The notes beneath the pieces were generated by a model. That model saw only the letters and a program-made list of their open reading frames with translations. It had not been told where the DNA came from and did no database searches. A stretch of 64,000 bases of DNA from an uncultured virus (IMG/VR IMGVR_UViG_3300009111_000004). Its lineage: Duplodnaviria; Heunggongvirae; Uroviricota; Caudoviricetes. Position numbers and translations under genes: made by a program. The stretch is from the IMG/VR virus record IMGVR_UViG_3300009111_000004; one strand, 5' to 3'. Positions 8,846 through 19,472 of this stretch are shown one piece after another; the first letter of the stretch is position 1, and each line of letters begins with the position of its first letter.

Positions 8846-11311
8846 ATGCAACTTACAGATAAAGCCTTCTATAATAAATCAGTAGAGCCTGAACAACGAC
8901 CGGCATCTAAATATTTTGGTTCCTCAGCCCAGATATTTGATTATATTATCAAAGAGGCTCAATCAACTACTAATGCCCAGGAATTAATTAAACAATATGT
9001 ATCTTCAACACCTGAATTAACATTGGTGGTAGAAGATGCTATTAAGGCTGGGGTATCTAAGGACGCAATTAAGGCCCACCTTATTTTCATGCGAGTGGAT
9101 CTTAATGATGGAAAAACATATGAAGAGGCCGAGCGTAATTGCGTAAATGCAATCAATAAGGAGATCACCACTATACAAGATAGTACATCCGACAAGCGAG
9201 CTCAGGGTGGAGCCAATATGCTGGCGCCTCAGCAACAGCAATTAGATCAGACCCCAATTCAAGATAAAGTACAACAATTCAAGGATATTGGACTAAATGA
9301 CCAACAGATTGAACAGGTAATGAAGACTGCTCAATCTAATACAGAGGATGAAGAATTATCAAGTGAGCAACCGAGTATTAGTGATCCGGATCCAAAGAAA
9401 TTATTACAGGATAAGTCGTTAAAGCAGAAGCAAGCTGTTCTATTATCATTTATGTCATTTATATCTTCACTACACCAAAAATGGACACAATTATATAGTT
9501 TATTAAATAGTGCAGAGCATCCAGAACATACTATGACTAAAGAGGGGCCACGAACTGTTCCCCCAGAATATGGGACTAAAGCTGATAAACAATATCTACG
9601 AAGAGAACTTGGTAGATTACAAGTTAAGATTTCTAAGGCCGGAAGTATGTGGAAACGGCTAATAAAGTTATTTGGTGAAGAAGAGATGCCTAAAGATGAA
9701 TTATTAAAATGGCTAGATCAGATGCAATCTCAGATGCAAACTAGACCGGATCCAATGTTGCAACCATATAAACCAAAGAAAACATCTCAATATCTTGATA
9801 ATTTAGATCAACTTGAAATGAAGGTGGAACAGGAAATTAGTGCTCTTGAAGGGGATAATAGATTAGCATCTGATGGAAATCAACCAGCCGGTACCACCGC
9901 AAATCCAATGAATGGTCAACGAGATAGCCTATCAAGTACAGAATTAGAGGGTACAGGTAAGCTCGCGCAGCAAATGGTGCCACCACCAACTACCGCACCT
10001 GCCCCACAGACACAGAATCAGGGGATGCCGCCTCCCGACATTCAAGATGATATTGAGGACACTCGCACTTTACAAGAGGTGATTGAGGATCTTAAGAGAG
10101 ATGTTAGTGTTGTTACCGAAAAGATTGAGAATGGGGAGACTATTTTAGATGGAGAAAGCATGGCTCCAGTTACTACTGATACGGGTGCTGTCCCTGCACC
10201 CGCCCCAATGGTTGCCGCAGAAGAGAAGATAGCGGTGGATCAGGCAGCTAAGGACTATTTCTCTGATTATTATGGATTATATGGAAATCAACTAACTCAT
10301 GATCGTATTGCTGAAATTGTGGATATGGTCGATGATGTGGCTCGTCAATACCAAGTAAAACTAACTACAGCCAAAGTAGGTAAAATTGCAACCTTTGTGA
10401 ATCACAGTGGTATAGATGGAAAATTTGGTAATCATCCTAAATTAGCAGCTATTCTAGATCTTAATTTAATTAATTACTTGTTCAAGACTGGAATGATTCA
10501 CAATATTGAGGATCTTTATAAAGAACAGGTATTATCATCTAATCTACGGCGAGCAGCCATTTTGAGAGCTCCTGCGGCCCTTCGTGCTAAAGTTGATCAA
10601 TGGTGTAAAGAAATTAAAATGATCCATATGGCAGAATTTAATAAAGAAGCTTTACCTAAAATGAAGCAGCCATCGGTTAAGGGTCAATCGGATGATGCTG
10701 TAAAGATTGATGAGATTGGTGATAATGCTAATAATATAGATCATCTACTAGTTCGACCTAGCTATCTTCCTATGGAGATTGTTGATCAAGAGGTTGATGG
10801 TGCTTATTTGAAATTAACGATTGAATGGGATCCTAAGCATGATGCGGCCTGTCAATCTACTGATGGTTTGAGACAAAGTGTACTATCATTTGTTAAGGGT
10901 CTAGAATCAAATAAGGAATTTATTGATTATGGATTTCTCGGTCAAATTTCATTTGATGAATTTAATTCAAAGAATGGCATCGCGAAGGTGTCTATACGAA
11001 CCAAGAAACCTGGTGATGCACCTGGTCATGTGAAGACTACTCCAAAGAAAAAGGCACAATCATTAGCAAAAATGGCTCAACCTAATACTAAGACTATAGC
11101 TGTTCTCGAAAACTTGAAAGAATCATGGTTATCAAATATCGACTCAACCTATGAACAGTGGCGCCAAGGTGTTGAAAATTTAAAAAGTAGGGGGCAGTTA
11201 GATCCTAATGATTCTACTAAATTATTACAGGTAGCATATCGAATCTCATATGAATTAACTACAGTAATACAGACATTGAAATCATCGTTTCTAGCCATGG
11301 TGATGCCATAA
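8846..11311 (+). CDS. Large modular head/core protein
   Basis: 821 aa; KEAQ, KRAQ, KTAQ, KLAQ, KKAQ and KMAQ separate short domains. Confidence 0.8.
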   Translation: MQLTDKAFYNKSVEPEQRPASKYFGSSAQIFDYIIKEAQSTTNAQELIKQYVSSTPELTLVVEDAIKAGVSKDAIKAHLIFMRVDLNDGKTYEEAERNCVNAINKEITTIQDSTSDKRAQGGANMLAPQQQQLDQTPIQDKVQQFKDIGLNDQQIEQVMKTAQSNTEDEELSSEQPSISDPDPKKLLQDKSLKQKQAVLLSFMSFISSLHQKWTQLYSLLNSAEHPEHTMTKEGPRTVPPEYGTKADKQYLRRELGRLQVKISKAGSMWKRLIKLFGEEEMPKDELLKWLDQMQSQMQTRPDPMLQPYKPKKTSQYLDNLDQLEMKVEQEISALEGDNRLASDGNQPAGTTANPMNGQRDSLSSTELEGTGKLAQQMVPPPTTAPAPQTQNQGMPPPDIQDDIEDTRTLQEVIEDLKRDVSVVTEKIENGETILDGESMAPVTTDTGAVPAPAPMVAAEEKIAVDQAAKDYFSDYYGLYGNQLTHDRIAEIVDMVDDVARQYQVKLTTAKVGKIATFVNHSGIDGKFGNHPKLAAILDLNLINYLFKTGMIHNIEDLYKEQVLSSNLRRAAILRAPAALRAKVDQWCKEIKMIHMAEFNKEALPKMKQPSVKGQSDDAVKIDEIGDNANNIDHLLVRPSYLPMEIVDQEVDGAYLKLTIEWDPKHDAACQSTDGLRQSVLSFVKGLESNKEFIDYGFLGQISFDEFNSKNGIAKVSIRTKKPGDAPGHVKTTPKKKAQSLAKMAQPNTKTIAVLENLKESWLSNIDSTYEQWRQGVENLKSRGQLDPNDSTKLLQVAYRISYELTTVIQTLKSSFLAMVMP

Positions 11312-11335
11312 ATCTAATAATGGAATTGTTAATTT

Positions 11336-11542
11336 ATGGCTAGGTTCATTATACATAATAAATCTACCGCCCAAATTCAATTATTAATTCCGACTAGTCA
11401 TAATTCAGCAGCTTTGCTTATTCCCTCATCTGGATCGATCAATATTCTTCCATGGGTTGGCTCAATGGAAACATGTCGTCATATTGGATATATCAGAACA
11501 TTGAAGTCACGTGGATTAGTTGATGTAATCGAGGAATTATAA
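11336..11542 (+). CDS. Small hypothetical protein
   Basis: 68-aa ORF coupled (TAATG) to the next gene. Confidence 0.65.
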   Translation: MARFIIHNKSTAQIQLLIPTSHNSAALLIPSSGSINILPWVGSMETCRHIGYIRTLKSRGLVDVIEEL

Positions 11543-12321
11543 TGTCAGATGCCTTGCAAGCTCCTCCGATTATATTCGAACGACGATGTAAGATCTGTAT
11601 TATGGGACAGACTCATTCAGATCTATTTAAGGACCTACATTTTAATGTGTTAGAAGTTGGTATGTCTCAGAATCGCGCAATGAATCAGCATAATCGTCGA
11701 ATTGATTCTGAGAATATTGACGCACCCAAATTGAATAATCAAAATATGTCTGTGCATTTTGCTAGCCACATTACTTTACCAGAGCGTGTTAATGTTGAGT
11801 TAGTTAAAGGATCACCTCAACAACCCGCACTACGTGAAGTAAATCCAGAGATGGGTGGATACATTGACGATCTCGTTCGACGTAAGGTCGGAAACGAGGT
11901 TAGCGATTATTTAAATCTAGACCAACTTCGCGCCCGAATGATGCAAAAGCTAGAGGTGTTGGATGAAATTGTTGAGCGAGAACATGATGGTAAGCCAGTA
12001 ATTGATCTAGAAGCCCTTAAGGACTATACTGTTCTAATCAAAGAAGTTAGAAGTACAATTATGGATCTTAATAAAATCAGATCTTCTAAGCAATTGATGA
12101 ATATCGTAATTCAATCTCTAATTGAGAAAGCTACTTTTACTATTGTACAACAGTTATCTAGGGAATACGAACAAGTTAAGAGAGATTTATTAGATGCTGG
12201 TGTGGATCACGCAATTGTAATTAAAATTGATCAAAAACAACGAATTAAATTAGCTGAAATCGTAGCTCAAGTAGCGCGGCGGGCTGTTGAAGACACAATA
12301 AGAACTTATAAGCTCAATTAA
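11542..12321 (+). CDS. Probable terminase small subunit / Zn-binding DNA packaging protein
   Basis: N-terminal CKIC...HFASH, helical C-terminus, located upstream of TerL. Confidence 0.45.
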   Translation: MSDALQAPPIIFERRCKICIMGQTHSDLFKDLHFNVLEVGMSQNRAMNQHNRRIDSENIDAPKLNNQNMSVHFASHITLPERVNVELVKGSPQQPALREVNPEMGGYIDDLVRRKVGNEVSDYLNLDQLRARMMQKLEVLDEIVEREHDGKPVIDLEALKDYTVLIKEVRSTIMDLNKIRSSKQLMNIVIQSLIEKATFTIVQQLSREYEQVKRDLLDAGVDHAIVIKIDQKQRIKLAEIVAQVARRAVEDTIRTYKLN

Positions 12322-13431
12322 ATGTTTAATAAACAATTAGGTAATTTACAGGATAAGATCGCTAGACAGCTTTTAGCGCAACATGGACCAGTGCTTGATA
12401 CTCGTACTAATAATGGATGGTGGACTGAGTTAAAGGATAGACAAGATAAACTTGAGGCTGAGAAGAATGATTATGATCGATGTACAATAGGGTTTGGTGA
12501 TGATCTACATACAATAGTTAGTTGCCAACTCGCCGATACCAATGAGCTCCAGACTATTGGTCTGAGTAAACATGCATTAATATCACCTAATGAGGGAATG
12601 ATCTTCCCATATCCAACACCTCGTAAGGTTAGTTTCTGGATGTCAACTGTTCCATTCCCATTAGATATGATTTTCGTTGGAAGTGATGGGCGAGTTACCC
12701 GAAAAGTGGAGAATATTGAGCCAGGTGATCCAGGGCGATGGGGTATGGATCATATATCAGCAGTGATTGAAGTAAATGGAGGATTCTGCACATCTCATAA
12801 GATTGAGGTAGGTACGCCAGTTTACGAAATAGTAAATAATCAAAATAAAGATAGTGAATCTAAGATTGCTCAGGAACATTTTCCATCAGCACCTCGAAAG
12901 GATATTGATCCAAAACAATTGCCGCCTAATCCAACTCGAGAGCGATTTCTAAATCGAGACCTACTTGATCAACAGGTCAAAAATCAACCAATGACACCAG
13001 ATCGTAAAGAACAATATGGATACGATCCAGTTTCCCTACATGATGATCATGGGAACATAGCCCCAGTGAGGATGTCAATGTTAGTTAAACTAGCGGAAGT
13101 GAAAGGATTACAACCGGCATTTATGAACTCTAAGACTAATCAGATAATCAAGTCTCCAGGAGTTCATGACCTTTCATTGGTGCCATTGACTGATGAAGAT
13201 AAAATGAGGCTTGAAGATACTATGTCGTGGGCTAATAAGTTAAATAAATATACTGACTGGATTGATGGATTCGTAGATAGTACAGGTGAATTTTATACGA
13301 GAGAACAGGCAGCCGATGCAATCTTCCCGGATGAACGGTTTCCATTAGTACTACACTCTCCATTTATTCCTAAGGAAAACACAGATCCGACCTCATACCA
13401 ACTACTACAACAACGTCGAAAGAATTATTAG
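12322..13431 (+). CDS. DUF192 (UPF0127)-domain modular protein
   Basis: GLS...EGMIFPY...FWMSTVPFPLDMIFV...VIEVNGG is typical of DUF192; followed by KIAQ and further domains. Confidence 0.75.
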   Translation: MFNKQLGNLQDKIARQLLAQHGPVLDTRTNNGWWTELKDRQDKLEAEKNDYDRCTIGFGDDLHTIVSCQLADTNELQTIGLSKHALISPNEGMIFPYPTPRKVSFWMSTVPFPLDMIFVGSDGRVTRKVENIEPGDPGRWGMDHISAVIEVNGGFCTSHKIEVGTPVYEIVNNQNKDSESKIAQEHFPSAPRKDIDPKQLPPNPTRERFLNRDLLDQQVKNQPMTPDRKEQYGYDPVSLHDDHGNIAPVRMSMLVKLAEVKGLQPAFMNSKTNQIIKSPGVHDLSLVPLTDEDKMRLEDTMSWANKLNKYTDWIDGFVDSTGEFYTREQAADAIFPDERFPLVLHSPFIPKENTDPTSYQLLQQRRKNY

Positions 13432-13452
13432 AATATTCATTAGGATACTTTA

Positions 13453-15240
13453 ATGGCAAATTTAAGTAATTATTTCTCTCGACCTGAACGTCTTCAACGT
13501 CGTTCCATGCGTTTAAGTCAATTTAAGAAAGTTGCTAATGGTTTCTCATCTAGACCGACTAACCGTCTCACTACTCAAAATATTGGATCTCGTGCATTAA
13601 CTCTAGTGCATGATATTCTAGGTAATTATATTCTACCTTCGCGACCAAAATTATCTTACTCTATGGTTAGAGATGCTAGAGTAGCCAGTGGTAATAATCT
13701 TGAGGAGGGCGTAATCACGATTCACGCTGATTTTCATACTAGGACCGGTGTACAAGTTGGGATTGACATACCTATTGAGGTTAGACAGGGACAACTTTCA
13801 GAACCGTCAGTGGTCATACACGATGGAATTCCGCGGGTTATTGCACAATCTACGTTTGATGGCCTAACGACAGCCAATACATTCTATGAGACTTTACAAC
13901 AACGAGAGATGTACGCCGCGCCATTCTCTCCGCAGATTCAAAAGAACATGCAAGAACGTCATATTAGGATGGAACGAGTTAATCAAGGTATGTTCTCACT
14001 TAAGGCTAATCAAGATACTTTGAGGGCTATTGTTCAAGGCAAATCTACCGCCGGGCAAGTATTAAGATGGCCAACAGATTCGAATTGTCGACAAGCTTCA
14101 CCTGAAGACTATGATGCTGATGATCGTTATAAGAAACCAGATCCTGATCGCAACATTCAAGAGGGCGATGAATTAGATCCGGCCGAGCGGGACAATCGAG
14201 ACATTGAAGTGGGGGAAGATTACTCACTCACTGAAGCTATGGAAGTTAAGGAGAGAGGCGGGGTAGCCTATGACCTATCTAAAGGTGTCAAATGTACTGT
14301 CTTACGGGATCATGCTGGAGATAATAAATCATTTGTAGTAGAATTTGAAGACGGATTGCAGGCGATTGTAGAACGACGCTTCTTAAAGCAATCAGCTAAA
14401 AATATCGCACCTAAAAAGTTACCCAAGGACAAATTGGATATACCCAAGTTAAAGGGCCAACCAAAACCATGTAAGAAATGTCAAACTGGTACCTGTGAAC
14501 GCCATCGTAAGAAGGCTCAGTCATTTGGTGTTTGTCTTAATTGCGGATGGAATGCCACCGATAAAACATGGGTAGATATGGTATATAATTGTCCAGATTG
14601 TGGCAATGAACTCCAGACTAATCTTAATGTGCATACAAGCGCATCAAATTTTTTAGATAAAGTTAGCCAAGAGGTAGATAAATTATATAATCAAGGGTTT
14701 ACAGACATTGACGTGAAACTTGCGGTTCGTAGTAAATATGGAGATGAAGCAGTAACCGCACTATTTAATAAAACTGCGCAGGCCAATAGTATCCAGATTT
14801 ATACTGGATGGGCGCTAGATCCTACTACCTATGAAGATTATAATTTTATTGGTAGACCTGTACGTAATATTAAACCACTAACTGATGAGCAGGAAGGATT
14901 CTCATTTGAATTATATATTCATGAGTCTAAACAATGGGTAACAGTCACATCACCTGAAGAACCTGAATTTGTTGGTGTAGTCGATGACTTAGATGACCAT
15001 CCTACTGAGCAGCTCTATACGCATTCTGATGATTTACTATCTCAACCAACTGATTCACCGAATGATAATCTAGATAATTTACGTGTAATAGATCAAGCAT
15101 TTAGTGATGCTCAAGATATTAATGAGATAAAGCAAATTCATAGAGATTTTAATACCCCAAAGAAGATGCGTCCTTCTGACGAAGGTAAATTCCAATATCC
15201 AGTAGTGCCATCTAGGAAGTTATCAACTAGTCATGTGTAG
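13453..15240 (+). CDS. Modular hypothetical head-region protein (SH3-like and Zn-ribbon modules)
   Basis: 595 aa; CKKC, CLNC and CPDC motifs; KKAQ and KTAQ junctions. Confidence 0.75.
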   Translation: MANLSNYFSRPERLQRRSMRLSQFKKVANGFSSRPTNRLTTQNIGSRALTLVHDILGNYILPSRPKLSYSMVRDARVASGNNLEEGVITIHADFHTRTGVQVGIDIPIEVRQGQLSEPSVVIHDGIPRVIAQSTFDGLTTANTFYETLQQREMYAAPFSPQIQKNMQERHIRMERVNQGMFSLKANQDTLRAIVQGKSTAGQVLRWPTDSNCRQASPEDYDADDRYKKPDPDRNIQEGDELDPAERDNRDIEVGEDYSLTEAMEVKERGGVAYDLSKGVKCTVLRDHAGDNKSFVVEFEDGLQAIVERRFLKQSAKNIAPKKLPKDKLDIPKLKGQPKPCKKCQTGTCERHRKKAQSFGVCLNCGWNATDKTWVDMVYNCPDCGNELQTNLNVHTSASNFLDKVSQEVDKLYNQGFTDIDVKLAVRSKYGDEAVTALFNKTAQANSIQIYTGWALDPTTYEDYNFIGRPVRNIKPLTDEQEGFSFELYIHESKQWVTVTSPEEPEFVGVVDDLDDHPTEQLYTHSDDLLSQPTDSPNDNLDNLRVIDQAFSDAQDINEIKQIHRDFNTPKKMRPSDEGKFQYPVVPSRKLSTSHV

Positions 15241-15260
15241 TATCTGGCTAGTGTTATATT

Positions 15261-17273
15261 ATGGCTACTGATTTAAATACTTTCTTGAGTGGATTACAAC
15301 AGAGTTTAGTCCAAACTGCTCAAACTCAAGCTATATTAATCCCTCAGAAGGATAGCCAGTTAGATTATTTTTGTACACCAGCACCCAATGCAATTGAATG
15401 GGCGATCAGCCCTGAGTATGCCGATGTCCCAACAATCTATCATCATCGACGTCAATATCAAATAATTAGAGATTTTTTCCAACTACGCTGTCCTTTACCA
15501 ACATGTAATAATCAAAGTGAAGAGTCAAAGGATTGTTGGAATAAGGAACGAGAATACCTAGAGAGTGAGAATCTATTAGTATGGTCATCTAAATATGAGG
15601 AAGATGTGTGTCCTCATTGTAATACTACTCGTTCAGAATTTCTTCAAGATGGATTATTGAAAATTTATAATCAAATGAATGTAGTGGCTGGAATGCGAAG
15701 CGGCAAGACCGCAACAGCTGGGATTATTGGTACCTATATTGAGCATCGGGTAATAACTATTGGTCATAAAATACCTGGAGGACTATCACAATATTTTAAT
15801 AATCAATTACCAAAACAACCATTTGAAATTACTTTCATTGCGTCTACTGATGTACAATCAGCAGACACCATCTGGGCTAGGTTTACTAGTCTGCGCCAAC
15901 AAAGTCAATGGATTCAGAAATATATTCGTTGGATTAAGGCTGAGGAGCTAAAGCAATCAACTCCTGATGGTGCCAAACCATGGACCTATGTTGAGCAAGA
16001 CAAACAAATCGTCCATGGATTTCTACATCTTAAATTAAATAGTCTAAATTCTAACTCTGGTGGTATGGCAGGACGTACACGTCCAGCAGCTTTCGTAGAT
16101 GAATTAGCTAGATTCGATAATACTGAGTCAAAGCGATCTGGAGATGAAGCATACCGAGTATTAGAGAACTCATTGCGTACCATCCGTACTCCTTCAATGA
16201 AGAATAAAGCAACACCTTGGCTAGGTACAATGGTTTCAATTTCATCTCCAATTTCAGAAGACGATAAATCTATGCGTCTATTACGACAAGCCAATGAAAT
16301 TAAAGGAATGTACTCAGGCCACTGGGCCACATGGGAATTTAATCCTGACCAACCTAAAGAGGCATTCGATGATGATTTCGCTAAGGATCCTATTGGAGCT
16401 ATGCGAGACTTCGGAGCTAGACCTCCTACAGCAATTAGTCCACTCATTGTTGATCCTATGCGATTTCGAGAATTAGCTATTCAGAAGGATTTGTCGCCCA
16501 CTACTCGCTTTAAACACATTGTTCACACCGATCCAACTGGGCGAGAATATGTTAGTGCGATTATAGAGAGCGCACAGTTATTACGAAATGGTGAACGTTA
16601 TATATGTTATGATGCAGGAGCTAGTTTTGATCAATTCGCTGGTGCTTGTGCTCATGGTGAATGGATACATACTCCAGAAGGTCGTCAATTAATCACAGTC
16701 TTTGATTGGGTATTTAGACTAATCCCTGAGCGCCAACCTAAACGAGATGTGTGGTTCGATTTCGTGGTTAGTGCTGTCGAGCAATTAAGTAAATATTATT
16801 ATATTGGACGGGTTGAATTCGATCGCTGGCAATCTACCTATTTAATTCAACAAATCCGTAATCGTGGCATACTCTGTGAAATGAAGTCTACAACTGCCGA
16901 TCAATTTATTAAACTTATAAATGATGTTACTTATGGTAAAGTACGAATGTTGCCACCAGATCCAGACGATCATAAACTAGATCCACCATTTATGAGTGCA
17001 CCCGGACTAGCTTTCTACGAGCTAGAACATCTAGAACGATCGTCCGATCTTAAAAAAATATATAATCCTAAGAAAGGTCAAAGAAGAGGTTGGGATTCAG
17101 ATGACGTTGCTACTGTAGTCGCTCATGTAAATAATATGTGTCAGTCTGCAGTTATTGATGTTGGTAATTCAAATAGTGTTCAATCACGTCTACGTCGAGA
17201 GGCTGTAGGTTCATATGGGTGGGAGTCTGGTGGAACATTATTTAGACCAAGCATTAGCAAACGGAATTGGTAA
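15261..17273 (+). CDS. terL: Terminase large subunit
   Basis: Walker A GMRSGKT, Walker B AAFVDE, ISSP coupling motif, nuclease acidic residues (YICYDAG, FDRWQS, DDVA). Confidence 0.9.
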   Translation: MATDLNTFLSGLQQSLVQTAQTQAILIPQKDSQLDYFCTPAPNAIEWAISPEYADVPTIYHHRRQYQIIRDFFQLRCPLPTCNNQSEESKDCWNKEREYLESENLLVWSSKYEEDVCPHCNTTRSEFLQDGLLKIYNQMNVVAGMRSGKTATAGIIGTYIEHRVITIGHKIPGGLSQYFNNQLPKQPFEITFIASTDVQSADTIWARFTSLRQQSQWIQKYIRWIKAEELKQSTPDGAKPWTYVEQDKQIVHGFLHLKLNSLNSNSGGMAGRTRPAAFVDELARFDNTESKRSGDEAYRVLENSLRTIRTPSMKNKATPWLGTMVSISSPISEDDKSMRLLRQANEIKGMYSGHWATWEFNPDQPKEAFDDDFAKDPIGAMRDFGARPPTAISPLIVDPMRFRELAIQKDLSPTTRFKHIVHTDPTGREYVSAIIESAQLLRNGERYICYDAGASFDQFAGACAHGEWIHTPEGRQLITVFDWVFRLIPERQPKRDVWFDFVVSAVEQLSKYYYIGRVEFDRWQSTYLIQQIRNRGILCEMKSTTADQFIKLINDVTYGKVRMLPPDPDDHKLDPPFMSAPGLAFYELEHLERSSDLKKIYNPKKGQRRGWDSDDVATVVAHVNNMCQSAVIDVGNSNSVQSRLRREAVGSYGWESGGTLFRPSISKRNW

Positions 17274-19435
17274 TGACTAGGCTTCACCGATTATATCGTC
17301 GTCATTTTCAAGCTGCTGTAAATGTAATTGATGAACCTGAAAATAGACAACCCAGTGGTAAGGATGAATTAAGTTACCCAGCAAAATATCCTCAGAGTGA
17401 AGAACCAGATAATCAAAACTCATTCCCTGAGTTAGATTTCGGTCATACCCGACGAATAGAAGGGGCTGAGCATACTAGTGCTATTATTGCACTTAAGCCT
17501 TCACTAGATGCCGCTACTCAACTACAAAATGCTTATCCTGATATAGATATTGATCCAGACGAATTACATGTGACAATCATCTATTTAGGTAAGGGACTAA
17601 ATAGTGAAGATATCGATCATTTATGTGAATTAATAAGTCCTATCTGTGATGCCCACCAGCCATTAGAATGTCATACTCAAGGATTAGGTATTTTCGACCA
17701 TGTTGATGATGATGGTCGCCCTTTTTATGCAAGTGTAGACGCACCTGGGTTAGCTGCTCTATATGTTGACTTAAAACGTATTCTAACTGATGCGGGCATC
17801 GATCTTCCATCGGATCATGATTTTACGCCACATATGACTATAGGGTATGTAGACCCAGGGGATATCTCAATAATTGACGGATCACCATGTATTCATTGGA
17901 TTTCTGATGAAATTATAATTATGTCTGGTGATGAACACATCACGATGAAATTGGGAGGACTTCCTAAGGAAGCATCTGGATTTGGATATTCTTTAAATGA
18001 GATTATTACTCCTAGTAAAGGCCAAGGATTCACTGATAACCCAGCTGATAATCATCAGACTGAAAATATTAGTGAAGATCCTGATTTAAAATTAGGAGAA
18101 GTTGAAGAACCATATTCTTCTGATCAGGGCCCTATAAATTTTCGATTCGAGAACGATCCAGAAGATAATATTGTTAAGGGAGCATCAATTTATCGAAAAC
18201 TGATAGCCTCAGTGGGTAATATCCAACGATTATTGGGGTATGATAAGGAAACAGCTAATTATATTCATGAGCGATTCCCACATAATGATTTTGCGGCGGC
18301 AAAAATTATCGATTTGTTAGGACAGCACCATGAGAAAGATGTTTGGCATCACGTCGATCCAGATCCATCAATATCATCTATATATAATCCATGGATTGGT
18401 GGTATATCAGCTATTAAAGCTTATATTGATGAGAATCCACATGCAATATTGGTTGATCTAATGAATCCTAATATACCATCAAACAAAGTTAAATTTATTA
18501 ATAATTTTAATGGAGGTTGGGAACAATTAGAATATCAATATTACGATAAGTTTACGACTCTAGATCAATCTGAAGTGATATTACAATTCCAAGATGGATT
18601 TAAGTGGGTTAAAGTACCTTCTTGTGATTATAGTTCGATGGCCAGTGTGATGCAACATTGTACCGAATTTGCTGGTGATATTTATTCATTACGCGATTCA
18701 CAGAATAAACCACATGTAACTGCAGATGTAAGTGGTGGAAGTTTAATACAAATTCAAGGTAAACAAAATACTTTACCAGATCAAAAATACTGGCCTTATA
18801 TTAAGGAATTAGTCAATAAATTAGATATTGGATTTAGCGCATTTATATACTCAGAGATACAAAAATTAGTACCTGGACGGTCTTCACCCCATAGTGTGAA
18901 GGAAGAATTTATTCGCGGTAATTATCAACCTTTATTAGATGCATCTAATGGTGTTAAAGACGCTATCATTAATGATCCAGCCGGCGTTAGTTACGATGTT
19001 CTTATGGCTCTAGTAAGAGATCCATCGGCACATATTAGAGAGGAAGTGGCTCTTAAAGCCCATGATGAGATAGCGACCTTACTATTAAATGATCCAGCTG
19101 CTGATGTTCGTATGGCATTGAGTAGCAATCCGACACTATCATCTAGTATAATTGATATTTTGGCTAAAGATTCCAACTATAATGTGCGCGCGCGGGCTAC
19201 TATACATCCTAATATATCACAAAATGTACTTCAACAACTATCAAAAGATCAAAATAAGACGGTAGCTGAATCGGCAATTGAACGATTAAATCAATTAAAT
19301 CCACAAGATAAACAATCTGTTGCCATTCCTGATTCTGGTAGTATTGATCAGAATAGTTATACTGATGGAGATAATACTCGCCAAGACCGCAGTATTCCTC
19401 GTTCACCCAACAAAGAAACACTAATGTACACGTGA
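17267..19435 (+). CDS. Multidomain protein: 2H phosphoesterase (Acb1/2'-5' RNA ligase-like), PcfJ-like domain and HEAT-like repeats
   Basis: Paired HxT motifs LHVTIIY and PHMTIGY; MQHC...IYSLRD...PHVT...IQIQGKQN; DPxxxVR repeats. Confidence 0.75.
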   Translation: MVMTRLHRLYRRHFQAAVNVIDEPENRQPSGKDELSYPAKYPQSEEPDNQNSFPELDFGHTRRIEGAEHTSAIIALKPSLDAATQLQNAYPDIDIDPDELHVTIIYLGKGLNSEDIDHLCELISPICDAHQPLECHTQGLGIFDHVDDDGRPFYASVDAPGLAALYVDLKRILTDAGIDLPSDHDFTPHMTIGYVDPGDISIIDGSPCIHWISDEIIIMSGDEHITMKLGGLPKEASGFGYSLNEIITPSKGQGFTDNPADNHQTENISEDPDLKLGEVEEPYSSDQGPINFRFENDPEDNIVKGASIYRKLIASVGNIQRLLGYDKETANYIHERFPHNDFAAAKIIDLLGQHHEKDVWHHVDPDPSISSIYNPWIGGISAIKAYIDENPHAILVDLMNPNIPSNKVKFINNFNGGWEQLEYQYYDKFTTLDQSEVILQFQDGFKWVKVPSCDYSSMASVMQHCTEFAGDIYSLRDSQNKPHVTADVSGGSLIQIQGKQNTLPDQKYWPYIKELVNKLDIGFSAFIYSEIQKLVPGRSSPHSVKEEFIRGNYQPLLDASNGVKDAIINDPAGVSYDVLMALVRDPSAHIREEVALKAHDEIATLLLNDPAADVRMALSSNPTLSSSIIDILAKDSNYNVRARATIHPNISQNVLQQLSKDQNKTVAESAIERLNQLNPQDKQSVAIPDSGSIDQNSYTDGDNTRQDRSIPRSPNKETLMYT

Positions 19436-19472
19436 TAGACTCTAGTGTGCTCTCTGAATTGACTATTCGACC

